Source of the DNA: Verrucomicrobiota bacterium | GTDB lineage: Bacteria > Verrucomicrobiota > Verrucomicrobiia > Opitutales > Cerasicoccaceae | NCBI GenBank assembly: GCA_039818205.1 | Contig: JBCBUK010000002.1 | Location: 256,001 to 320,000, forward strand | Length of the DNA stretch: 64,000 nt | Direction: 5' to 3' | In this document: one piece after another, positions 17,342 to 26,918 of the stretch | Position numbering within the stretch: the first letter of the stretch is position 1 | Layout: every line of letters starts with the position of its first letter | The notes under the pieces: generated by a model | Told to the model about the DNA's origin: nothing | Databases searched by the model: none | Seen by the model: the letters and a program-made list of their open reading frames with translations, nothing else | Program-made: the position numbers and the translations under genes

Positions 17342-18481
17342 ATGTCATCAACAAAATCCACACCCATATTACTGGTCACGCATGAGTTCTTTCCGAAGCG
17401 CGGGGGTATCGCCACCTATGCCGAAGAGATGGCATTGGCGGCTCAGGCAGAGGGACTTTCGGTCGACGTTTGGGCGTCGGCTCGCCCCGGCTGGGATGGC
17501 CGCGAGACATCCTTCGCCCTGAAGCCAATTTGGAATAATGGGCGCCTGGGTTGGCCCTGTCGACTGGCGACCGCGAAGGTGCTTCGTGCGGACGCGGAAC
17601 AGGTGCGTGAGAGCATTCTCTACCTGCCGGAACCGGGGCCGATGATGACGCTACTCTACTCATCGTTCCTTGGTTTGCCTGACCCTCGACGGTTGGTACT
17701 GACCTTGCATGGGACCGAAATTTTGCGTTTTGCGAGAACACCGCATCGACGCTGGTTGTTCGCGAAACTATTGAAGCGGGCGGATCGCATTGGCGTTGTT
17801 TCCGAGTTTAACGAGAATCTCTTGCGGGAGACGTTTCCCTCAGTGGAAGCCGAGAAAATTCGGGTAGTTCCGGGTGCGCTACGCCATGACTTCGCAGATC
17901 CGCCAAAGCGGAAACGTGCGGTGGATGATGGCAAGGTGCGAGTCATTACGGTTAGCCGAATTCACCCACGGAAAGGACAGCATTACGTGATTGAAGCGTT
18001 GGCAGGTATGCCGAAAGAGCTTCTCAAGAAAGTCGAGTACCACATTGTTGGCCCGATCGTAAAATCCTATTACGCGGATGAATTGAAAGCCAAGGCGCAA
18101 GAGGCCGGTTTCCCGGTGATCTTTGTGGGTGAGGTGAATGATGCCGATCTGCCGCAGCACTATGCCGATGCGGATATTTTCGCGATGACGAGTATCCAGA
18201 GCGGGATCAGTGTCGAGGGATTTGGCCTCGTTTATTTGGAGGCCGCCGTTTGCGGTTTGCCGGTCGTTGCCCACAGCACGGGCGGTGTTCCCGAGGCGGT
18301 GCGCCACGGGAAGAGCGGATTCTTGGCCGAGCCGGGCGATACTAAAACGCTGCAGAAGTATTTCGAAGACCTGATTGGCTCGGCTGACCTCCGGCAGTCA
18401 ATGGCCGATGCGGGAAAAGCCCGCGCGGCCGAACTTTCCTGGGCCTACAATGTGCGGGCACACTTCGACGGCTTGGATTGA
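17342..18481 (+). CDS. Glycosyltransferase, GT4 (PimB-like)
   Basis: HEFFPKRGGIATY, HGTEI, RIHPRKGQ, VEGFGLVYLEA, GGVPEAV. Confidence 0.92.
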   Translation: MSSTKSTPILLVTHEFFPKRGGIATYAEEMALAAQAEGLSVDVWASARPGWDGRETSFALKPIWNNGRLGWPCRLATAKVLRADAEQVRESILYLPEPGPMMTLLYSSFLGLPDPRRLVLTLHGTEILRFARTPHRRWLFAKLLKRADRIGVVSEFNENLLRETFPSVEAEKIRVVPGALRHDFADPPKRKRAVDDGKVRVITVSRIHPRKGQHYVIEALAGMPKELLKKVEYHIVGPIVKSYYADELKAKAQEAGFPVIFVGEVNDADLPQHYADADIFAMTSIQSGISVEGFGLVYLEAAVCGLPVVAHSTGGVPEAVRHGKSGFLAEPGDTKTLQKYFEDLIGSADLRQSMADAGKARAAELSWAYNVRAHFDGLD

Positions 18482-19497
18482 TGCTGGGATATCTGCTCCG
18501 CAAATCGCTTTTACTGCTGGTGCTGTTTTTGACGGCTAGCGGTCTGCTATTCGTGGCGAGTCGCGCGGCTCTGGGGGATGGTATTCTCTTGGCGCAGAAA
18601 GTGCCGGATCCCGAACGCGCTGCACAGATCGAAGAGGCGCTGGGATTAAATGATCCGCTGCCGATTCAATATATCGCCTATCTTCGCAATTTCGTGTCCG
18701 GGGCGTGGGGCGCCAGCCTAATCAACCAGCGGTCGGTGCGCGGGGAGGTGAGCCAGCGTTTGCCCGCGACATTGGAGTTGGCTATCTCCGCTTTGATCAT
18801 CGGCGTCATCGTGGGAGTCGGAACGACCTTGCTGGCGGAGGCCCTGCCGGGGACTTGGGTGAAGCGTCTGCCGGAGGCTTTGGGCGCTCTTGGGCTGACG
18901 GTTCCCATTTTTTGGTTGGGATTTCTTTTGATTATCGTTGGGGCGGTTTGGCTGGACTGGTTCCCGGCGTCGGGGCGCTTTGACTTTACGCTGAGTCGTC
19001 CCAGCGGGACAGGCTTTTTGATTATAGACAGCCTGGCCTCGGGAAGCGGCGAGGCGTTGCTGTCTGCCCTTAAACATTTAGCGCTGCCAGCGGTGTGTTT
19101 GTCGTTTTTTCCGGCGGCAGTGGTCAGTGGTTTGTTGCGGGCTCGATTGCAGGAGCCCCAGTGGCAGCGTTTGCAAATTGCGCTGCGAGCAAAGGGATTG
19201 TCTGCCTCGAGCATCTCGCTAAAGCATGGCCTTCGGCTGTTGGGGGCACCCCTGGTAATTGCTCTCGGGACGAGCGTCGGCCTTTTGCTGGGCGGGTCGG
19301 TGCTTACTGAAACCGTATTTGCCTGGCCGGGGATGGGACGCTATTTAGTGGGAGCGGTGCTTGATCGCGACCTATTCGTAATCCAGTATGCTTTGCTGCT
19401 GGTAATGCTGTTGATCTTTGCGTCCGTTTGGCTATCCGAGATTCTGGCAGCCGTTTTGAACCCTCGATTGACCCAGGGAGGTGGCGATGAAGATTAA
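18481..19497 (+). CDS. Peptide/nickel ABC transporter permease (DppB/OppB-like)
   Basis: LGLNDPLPIQY, RLPATLELA, PIFWLG, HLALPA, RAKGL, ETVFAWPGMG. Confidence 0.9.
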   Translation: MLGYLLRKSLLLLVLFLTASGLLFVASRAALGDGILLAQKVPDPERAAQIEEALGLNDPLPIQYIAYLRNFVSGAWGASLINQRSVRGEVSQRLPATLELAISALIIGVIVGVGTTLLAEALPGTWVKRLPEALGALGLTVPIFWLGFLLIIVGAVWLDWFPASGRFDFTLSRPSGTGFLIIDSLASGSGEALLSALKHLALPAVCLSFFPAAVVSGLLRARLQEPQWQRLQIALRAKGLSASSISLKHGLRLLGAPLVIALGTSVGLLLGGSVLTETVFAWPGMGRYLVGAVLDRDLFVIQYALLLVMLLIFASVWLSEILAAVLNPRLTQGGGDED

Positions 19498-20251
19498 CTA
19501 TTGGTTATTCGCCGTCGCACTCATTGCGTTGGTCGGTTTGGTTTGGACGCCCTATGATCCCTTGGCGCAGGAATTTCGCGATTTGCGACTCGGCGGTTTT
19601 TCGGTTGCTCATCCGGTGGGGGTCGATGGGCTGGGACGCGATGTCTTCAGCCGGCTCTGGCGAGGCCTCGGGAATACGGCGATGTTGTCGCTTGCGGCCC
19701 TTGCGTTGAACTTCCTGGTGGCGACGATAATCTTGGTTCTCGAGCGTTCGACTGGGCGGTTGGGGCGCGCGATTATTCCCCTGATTGCGGCAGTGTGGCT
19801 TGGCTTGCCGGTTATTTTTCTGAGTTTGATTTTGTTAGTCTTTTTGCCGCCAGGGGCTGCGACCTTGGTGTTGGCGGTTGCTTTGGGCAATACACCAATG
19901 ACTTATCGGCAGCTACGTATTTCGTGGCGAGAACAGCGTCGAGCCCAATACGTGGAGGCCAGTATGGCGCTTGGCGCACGTGGTTGGCCTATGTTTCGCC
20001 GGACACTTTGGCCGAACTTGGCACCTGATATCGCGGCTTTAGCTCGGTTGATTTTTGCGCTAGGTGCCTTGGAGTTGAGCGGCCTGGCCTTCCTTGGGCT
20101 GATCGGTGACCCGGACTTTCCGGAGCTGGGGGCCATGCTACGACAGTATCAGCCGTTTCTCAGTCAGGCACCATGGCTCGTGCTCGCGCCGGGTGTTCTC
20201 TTGAGCTCGCTCTTATTTGTCGTCCATCAGCGCAAGCCGGAGGAGCGTTAA
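19487..20251 (+). CDS. Peptide/nickel ABC transporter permease (DppC/OppC-like)
   Basis: HPVGVDGLGRDVFSRL, EAA-like YVEASMALGA, LAFLGL, PELGAML; GGAGG before ATG 19487. Confidence 0.9.
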   Translation: MKINYWLFAVALIALVGLVWTPYDPLAQEFRDLRLGGFSVAHPVGVDGLGRDVFSRLWRGLGNTAMLSLAALALNFLVATIILVLERSTGRLGRAIIPLIAAVWLGLPVIFLSLILLVFLPPGAATLVLAVALGNTPMTYRQLRISWREQRRAQYVEASMALGARGWPMFRRTLWPNLAPDIAALARLIFALGALELSGLAFLGLIGDPDFPELGAMLRQYQPFLSQAPWLVLAPGVLLSSLLFVVHQRKPEER

Positions 20252-20252
20252 C

Positions 20253-20738
20253 TTAGCCATGGCCATCCCAACCCATGTCTTTGTGGGCGATTGTCACTTC
20301 TTTCAGGCCGTCGAGCGGTCCCTTGTTTTGCGGCGTCCCAAAACGATGGATCAATGCGATGATGAGTAACACCCATTTCGGCATGCCGGAATGGTTTAGT
20401 TCGATCGATTGGGAAACACGGGTTGATTCCTTATTCAGAGGTTTCAGTTCGTAGCGCTCATCAATGTAGGTTTTCTTCTCACTGACGATATGGTGGCGAA
20501 CAACCAGGAGTTTCATGGCGTCCATTTCCAGGACTTCGCATTGGGCCTCGGTGGGCTTAGAATTGAGTTCGAAGGACGCATTAAACCGATCGCCTTTGCG
20601 CATGGGGCGTCCGAGCGCCTGGGCATTTTTGCAATGCGGGTTCCAAAGCTCCATGAGTTCCGGGTACTCGAGCGTGCTCCAAATATCGCTGGGTGGAAGC
20701 GGGATATCGATCTGGGAGTGGATCTTGGACGACAGCAT
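20253..20738 (-). CDS. SRPBCC/START-family protein
   Basis: IDIPLPPSDIWSTL..PELMELWNP pattern and TRVSQSIE strand; about 160 aa. Confidence 0.75.
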   Translation of the reverse strand: MLSSKIHSQIDIPLPPSDIWSTLEYPELMELWNPHCKNAQALGRPMRKGDRFNASFELNSKPTEAQCEVLEMDAMKLLVVRHHIVSEKKTYIDERYELKPLNKESTRVSQSIELNHSGMPKWVLLIIALIHRFGTPQNKGPLDGLKEVTIAHKDMGWDGHG

Positions 20739-20840
20739 GACGGAATTATGGCTTGCTAAGCCTTTGAGAAAACGATCTTCGTAGTCAGTCTTTCGAGCCC
20801 TATGCGGGGCCAAACTATTAGTGCAACCCTACGCCTCACC

Positions 20841-21371
20841 ATGCCTTTTTACGAGTTCTATTGCCCAACAAACCACACGGTTTATACTTTTTTTGCACGC
20901 AGTTTTAAGCATGCGGGCTCGGTTCCGCGTTGTCCGGATGATCCTGAGGCGCCAATGCAAAAGCAGATCTCGCAGTTCTCATTTGTTAAAGCTTTGGGCG
21001 TCGAAGGGGACCCGGCACTCGACGATGCGAAATACGATGATCCGCGCTACGAAAACGCAATCAATGAGCTGGAGCGCGAGTTTCAAGGGATGGATGAAAA
21101 CAATCTCGACCCGCAGCAGCTCGGGCACTTGATGCGTAAGGTTTCCGAGGTGACTGGGCAACGGCTGCCGGGGTCCTTGGAAGAAATGGCTAAGCGTTTG
21201 GAAAAGGGCGAAGATCCCGAAGCACTCGAAGACGAGTATGGGGACAACGAAGAAGAGTTTGATCCGATGGCGGGTGTTGAGGGCAGCGCTGGTAAGCGAT
21301 TGATCCGGCGGTTGAGGAGTGTTCCGCGTCAGGATCCCGGTGTCTACGAGATGGAAGACTATCTCGATTGA
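20841..21371 (+). CDS. FmdB-family zinc-ribbon protein with acidic helical C-terminus
   Basis: MPFYEFYC...PRCP N-terminus; RLEKGEDPEALE. Confidence 0.8.
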   Translation: MPFYEFYCPTNHTVYTFFARSFKHAGSVPRCPDDPEAPMQKQISQFSFVKALGVEGDPALDDAKYDDPRYENAINELEREFQGMDENNLDPQQLGHLMRKVSEVTGQRLPGSLEEMAKRLEKGEDPEALEDEYGDNEEEFDPMAGVEGSAGKRLIRRLRSVPRQDPGVYEMEDYLD

Positions 21372-21398
21372 TCGGCTTCGAGAATTGGTTGAGCAATT

Positions 21399-23387
21399 CT
21401 ATCGGCTTCGTTTTTTCGCGACCTTCTTGGGCATCACCGAACCTTTGGTTAGGTAGGTCTTTTGCTTGAGCATGTCGGTGTAGAGGTTGAGCAACCGGAT
21501 GCCTTCGCGTGGTTTGACGATGTCATTACGGGTGGCGGCATCGATTTGCTTCTTCATGGCTTTGGTTAGGTCGCCGCCTTTGTATTGGATGAAATCGAGC
21601 ACCTCGTCGGTCGAAAAGCCTTTGATGGTTTCTTCAATGTAGAACCCATCTTCCTCATCGTCTTCCAAGAAGATGTGCACTTCGTTGACCCGGCCAAACA
21701 GGTTGTGAAGATCGCCCATGATATCCTGATAGGCGCCGACCAAAAAGATTCCGAGGTAGTAGGGCTTGTCCTTCTTTAGTGGGTGAAGCCTAAGGCTGTG
21801 GCGGACGTCCTCGAGATCCACGAACTCGGACACCTTGCCGTCGCTATCGCAGGTAATGTCGACGAGCGTCGCTTCCACGGTGGGTTCCTCGTCAAGCCGT
21901 TGGAGCGGTGCAATGGGAAAGAGTTGGTCCAGTGCCCAATGGTCCAACAGACTTTGGAACACCGAAAAGTTGCAGACGTATTGTTCAGAGAGCAGCGAAT
22001 TGAGGCCTTCGAGTTCTTCTGGAATGTAGCCATCGGTTTTCAATCCCGCCTGAATGTCACGGCAGATCTGCCAGAAGAATGTATCGGCGCGGGCGCGCGT
22101 GGGCAGATCAAGGTAGCCAAGCGAAAACAGGTTCGCGGCTTCTTCCTTCTTTTGTTGGGCATCGTGAAAGCGTTCCAGTGCGCCATGCCCATCCTTGTTC
22201 TCGAGGATGTAGAGCATGTCTTGCAGCAGCTTGTGCTTGGGCTTCTTGGCTGAAGCCGCTCGCTTTTCCGCTTCTTCCGGAATCTTGGCGATGCGGTCTA
22301 CGGCCTCGACTACCAGGATCGAGTGGGGCGCGACGATGGCACGGCCGCTTTCAGAAATGATGTCTGGCGGTGAAACTTCGGCCTGTTCGCATACGCTCTT
22401 GATATTGAAGACGACGTCTCGGGCGTATTCCTCCATTGAATAGTTCATCGAACTCTCGAAATTTGTCCGACTGCCATCGTAGTCGATCCCGAGGCCGCCG
22501 CCAACGTCAAGATATCTCACCGGGAAGCCCATTTTGTGGAGTTCGCAGTAAAATCGCGCGGCTTCACCGACAGCCTTTTTAATGGTCAGGATGTTTGGGA
22601 CCTGCGAGCCGATGTGGAAATGCAAGAGTTGAACGCAGGTCATCATTTTGGCCCGCTTCAGTTTCTTGGATGCTGCTACAATCTCGGCCGCCGTCAGTCC
22701 AAACTTGGCGTTGTCTCCGGTTGATGTTGCCCACTTGCCTTCACCCGGCGCCGATAGCTTCACCCGAAACCCGATTACGGGTTCGATGTTCACATCGCGC
22801 GAAACTTTGATGATCGCGTCAACTTCGGAGAACTGCTCGACCACTAGAATGACCTCGCGCCCAAGGCGGATGCCCAAGAGGGCTGCGCGGATGTAGTCGG
22901 TGTCCTTGTAGCCATTGCAAATGAGCAGGTCGCCTTTTCGATCGAGCTGGGAGAGGGCAATGAGCAACTCAGGCTTACTGCCGGCCTCGAGCCCGAAATC
23001 GTAGTCGCGACCGGCATCCAAAATTTCTTCAACGACTTCCCGCAGTTGGTTGACCTTAATGGGGAATACGCCGCGGTAGTTGCCGGGGTAGGCCTCTTCC
23101 TCGATGGCCCGGCGGAAGGCCTCGTTGAGTTGCTCTACCCGACGCCGCAGCATGTCCTGGATGCGAATCGTCATCGGCGGGCGGAGGCCGTGTTCGGATT
23201 CGGCCTCAGCGATGATGTCCGCAATGCGGATCGATGGTCCATCTTGGCCGAGAGGCTGGACGCAGATAAACCCCTGCTCGTCCGCGGAAAAGTGGCCTTG
23301 GCCCCAGCGCTGGAGACCGTAGTAGTCAGCCGATTGTTTGGCGGTCCAGGGGGTGTAGGATTCTTGGTCTTGGGTACCAGTGGTCAT
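21399..23387 (-). CDS. speA: Biosynthetic arginine decarboxylase
   Basis: VFPIKVNQ (PLP Lys), GLEAGSKPEL, CNGYKD, HFHIGSQ, DVGGGLGIDYDG, ESGRA, DITCDSDG, GAYQDIMGDLHNLFG. Confidence 0.97.
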   Translation of the reverse strand: MTTGTQDQESYTPWTAKQSADYYGLQRWGQGHFSADEQGFICVQPLGQDGPSIRIADIIAEAESEHGLRPPMTIRIQDMLRRRVEQLNEAFRRAIEEEAYPGNYRGVFPIKVNQLREVVEEILDAGRDYDFGLEAGSKPELLIALSQLDRKGDLLICNGYKDTDYIRAALLGIRLGREVILVVEQFSEVDAIIKVSRDVNIEPVIGFRVKLSAPGEGKWATSTGDNAKFGLTAAEIVAASKKLKRAKMMTCVQLLHFHIGSQVPNILTIKKAVGEAARFYCELHKMGFPVRYLDVGGGLGIDYDGSRTNFESSMNYSMEEYARDVVFNIKSVCEQAEVSPPDIISESGRAIVAPHSILVVEAVDRIAKIPEEAEKRAASAKKPKHKLLQDMLYILENKDGHGALERFHDAQQKKEEAANLFSLGYLDLPTRARADTFFWQICRDIQAGLKTDGYIPEELEGLNSLLSEQYVCNFSVFQSLLDHWALDQLFPIAPLQRLDEEPTVEATLVDITCDSDGKVSEFVDLEDVRHSLRLHPLKKDKPYYLGIFLVGAYQDIMGDLHNLFGRVNEVHIFLEDDEEDGFYIEETIKGFSTDEVLDFIQYKGGDLTKAMKKQIDAATRNDIVKPREGIRLLNLYTDMLKQKTYLTKGSVMPKKVAKKRSR

Positions 23388-23462
23388 TGGAAGCAGGTCG
23401 GGAAAAGCGTGACACTATCGACGAGAATTCCAAATGGTCAATGACCAGAAATGCAAGAAGTG

Positions 23463-24362
23463 TTAAATATCTTGCTGGGGATTTTTAGCAGAAGGTCGGT
23501 GTTCGTCAAAATCTTCCTCGCAAAGCAGGTCAGGGTAGTGCTCCTGGCCGCATTCGGGGCACAAACTATGGCTGAACTCGGCCGGTGAATGCCGGCGGAT
23601 GAAGCTCTCGACCTCATGCCAGTAACCTTTGTCGTCCCGGACCTTTTTGCAATAGGCGCAGATTGGCAGGAGCCCCCGGAGGGTATCGATCTTTTCCAGG
23701 GCGACTTTCAACTCTTCATATGCGTCGCGCTGGTTTTGCCATTGGCGCAACTCGTCGATCCGCGTAAGGCGAATTCGCCAGCTGATGTAGGCGCCGCAAA
23801 TCGTCGCGACAGGAAATATCAACGCGGCTTCCCACCAGAGATGGTTGAATCCACCGTGCTGAAACAGCATTATCACATGAATGACGGTAAAGTAGACTCC
23901 AGAGATGATTTGATAGCTCAGGCGGCAGGGGACAAAAACGAAAATGGCGATGAGATACGCCAGGTCGGCCAACGATTGCTGATCTGCGTTGCTTGGAATA
24001 TACGAGTCTGCAACGACAAAAAGCGTACTCGTAATCATCATCCAGGCGAGGGTCCCGATTTGGAGATGGCTGACCTTCTTGAGATACCGGGCGGCGATCA
24101 CAAATACCAACGCGATCGCGAGGAGGGAAAATCGGACTGTGACCGTAAAGGGGCAAAGACCGCCGTCCGGGTTCATCTCACACTGGTCGACGATAAACCC
24201 AAAATTCACCATCCCGATCAGCAATACCGCGATATAGAGCATTCGCCGATCAGATGCCTCATGCCGCTGATCAATAGCGTCGTTCAATTCCCGCCAGGAT
24301 GGTGACGAATTCTCAGTATCGTTTGGCGGGCCTTTGGCTGATGAATGATGTTCAGTATGCAT
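23463..24362 (-). CDS. Polytopic membrane protein with C-terminal Cys/His zinc-binding-like domain
   Basis: About 6 TM, coiled linker, then LRGLLPICAYCKKVRDDKGYW...FSHSLCPEC. Confidence 0.85.
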   Translation of the reverse strand: MHTEHHSSAKGPPNDTENSSPSWRELNDAIDQRHEASDRRMLYIAVLLIGMVNFGFIVDQCEMNPDGGLCPFTVTVRFSLLAIALVFVIAARYLKKVSHLQIGTLAWMMITSTLFVVADSYIPSNADQQSLADLAYLIAIFVFVPCRLSYQIISGVYFTVIHVIMLFQHGGFNHLWWEAALIFPVATICGAYISWRIRLTRIDELRQWQNQRDAYEELKVALEKIDTLRGLLPICAYCKKVRDDKGYWHEVESFIRRHSPAEFSHSLCPECGQEHYPDLLCEEDFDEHRPSAKNPQQDI

Positions 24363-24379
24363 GAGCGACTAGATCGCAA

Positions 24380-24409
24380 AGCAAGGTCAGGACGTTTCAA
24401 GACCTTGCT
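24380..24409. terminator. Hairpin downstream of the pyrophosphatase gene (possible terminator or processing site)
   Basis: AGCAAGGTC-N12-GACCTTGCT perfect 9-bp inverted repeat; weak U tract. Confidence 0.4.
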
Positions 24410-24450
24410 ACTCCGCTTCGGTTGTGCAATCCATAAATTGATTCCCGATT

Positions 24451-26646
24451 CTAAAGAAGCTGGGCGCTGACGGTCAGGCCAGCCATTGCAATCGATACCA
24501 TACTCATCAACTTTATCAAAATGTTCAAGCTGGGGCCCGAAGTGTCTTTGAACGGGTCGCCAACGGTATCCCCGATCACAGTGGCTTTGTGCGCCTCAGA
24601 GTTCTTGCCGCCCATGTTGCCTTCCTCGACGTATTTTTTCGCGTTGTCCCACGCCCCGCCAGCATTCGCCATGAAGACCGCGAGGACAAACCCACTGCCT
24701 AATCCGCCAGCGAGGAGGCCAATCACGCCAGCCGGTCCAAAGATAACGCCCATGACTATCGGGACGATGACCGCGATTGCGGCGGGGAACTGCATTTCCC
24801 TCTGCGCGCCAAGGGTCGAAATCTCAACGCAGCGCGCGTAGTCAGGCTTTTCTTTTCCATCAAGGATCCCGGGCATCGCTTTGAACTGACGCCGAACCTC
24901 AGCGACCATTTCTCCTGCGGCCCGCCCGACTGCATTCATCGTTAAACCACAGAACAAGAACGCCATCAGTGAGCCTACAAAGATTCCGACCAGCACGCTT
25001 GGATTGAGCAAATCGATCTGGAAGTAGGCAATGAAATCCCAGTCATCTGCAACGCCGGGCAGGAGCTGGGATCCATCTGGGAAAACCATCATCTCGCCAC
25101 CTTCGCGAAGGGCGGCTTTCAATTGTTCGAGGTACGAGGCTAGGAGGGCCAGGGCGGTCAATGCCGCCGAACCAATGGCGAAACCCTTGCCAATGGCTGC
25201 CGTCGTGTTACCGAGAGCGTCGAGTGCATCCGTCCGTTCACGCACTTCCGGAGGGAGTTTACTCATCTCCGCATTGCCACCTGCGTTGTCCGCGATGGGT
25301 CCGTAAGCGTCGGTGGCCAGGGTTATGCCGAGGGTCGAGAGCATGCCTACGGCGGCGAAGCCAATACCATAAAGGCCCATGGGTAAGTTGCTGGTATCGA
25401 AGCCACTAGCGAACTGGAAACTCATGATAATTCCCAACGCGACGACGGCGACTGGAATGGTTGTCGAAATCATGCCAGTGCCGATTCCGGAAATGATGAC
25501 CGTGGCGGGTCCCGTTTCACCGCTTTCGGCGATTTTCTGGGTGGGCCGATGCGCGTGCGAGGTGTAATATTCGGTGGCTTTGCCGATGATGATTCCAACG
25601 ATGAGCCCAGTCACAACTGATCCCCATAGGCCAATGGCGTTGGGGAGACCGACCGCGAGCAGGATGATTAATGACCCGATTGCGACTAAAAAAGCGGCGG
25701 TGTTTATGCCTCGATCCAGCGAGTGCAGGAGTGCTTTTTGATCCGCACCGCTTTTCACTTTCACCTGAAATACGCCCCAAACCGAGAGCAGGGCGCCGAG
25801 GCCCGCAACGAGCATCGGCGCGACCATGGCCTTCATTTGCAGTTCTTGAAATCCGACAAATGCAGCAACCCCCAGGGTTGCGGTTGCCAGGATGGAGCCG
25901 CAATAGGATTCAAAGAGATCCGCGCCCATGCCCGCGACATCGCCCACGAAGTCACCAACATTGTCCGCAATTGTTGCCGGGTTTCGCGGGTCGTCCTCGG
26001 GGATGCTGTTCTCGACTTTGCCAACCAGGTCTGCGCCAACGTCAGCCGCTTTAGTATAGATGCCCCCACCAACACGCGCAAATAGAGCCTGGAGCGAAGC
26101 GCCCATACCGTAGAGCAGCATGGTTGTCGTGATAATCAGCATATTATCGGGCCCGTTGGGTCCGTCTATCGGATAGATCTTGGAAAGGATAAAAAAGCCA
26201 AGTGAGATTGCGAGAAGGCCGAGCCCAACCACGGAAAGTCCCATGACGGCGCCGCTGCGGAACGCTACACGAAGCCCCTGGTCCAATGAGTGCCGGGCAG
26301 CTTCGGCGGTTCGGCTGGCCGAGGCGGTGGCCGTTTTCATGCCGAAATAACCAGCGAGCCCGGAGAAGAATCCGCCCACGAGGAAGGCGAAGGGCGAGCC
26401 CTTGTTGATCAGATTGAAAAGGAAGGCCATTGCCAGAAACACCAGAAACAGGACGCCGAAAACGCGAATGACGGCCTTGTATTGCTGTTTGAGGTAGGCT
26501 CGGGCACCATCGCTTACGTAGGAGGCGATCTCGACCATTCGCGCATTCCCGGGCGGTTGTTGAATCATGCTGGCATAGAAGCGCCAGGCGAAAAACAGGG
26601 CGATGATGGCGGAAATGGGTGCGAACCAGAAGAAGGGGTAATTCAT
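24451..26646 (-). CDS. hppA: Membrane-integral pyrophosphatase, K+-dependent type (likely Na+-translocating)
   Basis: [52 protein letters not shown] (Ala marks the K+-dependent class), [23 protein letters not shown]. Confidence 0.95.
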   Translation of the reverse strand: MNYPFFWFAPISAIIALFFAWRFYASMIQQPPGNARMVEIASYVSDGARAYLKQQYKAVIRVFGVLFLVFLAMAFLFNLINKGSPFAFLVGGFFSGLAGYFGMKTATASASRTAEAARHSLDQGLRVAFRSGAVMGLSVVGLGLLAISLGFFILSKIYPIDGPNGPDNMLIITTTMLLYGMGASLQALFARVGGGIYTKAADVGADLVGKVENSIPEDDPRNPATIADNVGDFVGDVAGMGADLFESYCGSILATATLGVAAFVGFQELQMKAMVAPMLVAGLGALLSVWGVFQVKVKSGADQKALLHSLDRGINTAAFLVAIGSLIILLAVGLPNAIGLWGSVVTGLIVGIIIGKATEYYTSHAHRPTQKIAESGETGPATVIISGIGTGMISTTIPVAVVALGIIMSFQFASGFDTSNLPMGLYGIGFAAVGMLSTLGITLATDAYGPIADNAGGNAEMSKLPPEVRERTDALDALGNTTAAIGKGFAIGSAALTALALLASYLEQLKAALREGGEMMVFPDGSQLLPGVADDWDFIAYFQIDLLNPSVLVGIFVGSLMAFLFCGLTMNAVGRAAGEMVAEVRRQFKAMPGILDGKEKPDYARCVEISTLGAQREMQFPAAIAVIVPIVMGVIFGPAGVIGLLAGGLGSGFVLAVFMANAGGAWDNAKKYVEEGNMGGKNSEAHKATVIGDTVGDPFKDTSGPSLNILIKLMSMVSIAMAGLTVSAQLL

Positions 26647-26918
26647 CGTGTCTCTTGCGTTAATAGGTCCCACCGGCAATTCGACGATTGTCGTGCTGGC
26701 GGTTCTGTAGATTGCGGTTGGTCAGTTGCTTAGGAACAAACTAACGGCAAGGCCAAGTAGCCGCAAGAGTGTTTCTTGGGTGAGCCAAAAAATGTCCGGG
26801 TTTGCCAGATTCTGGTCGAATACTCGTGTTGATAAGCGCCTCTCATCGTATCTTTTAGTATCCGCAAATTTTTTAGAATTGGGTTGATCGATCGCAGTGC
26901 TTTCGCTCAACTCGCCGG

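Noticed and set aside
23589..24305. 238-aa ORF antisense to the membrane/zinc-domain gene
   Set aside because: The opposite strand has coherent TMs and a conserved domain; this frame has neither
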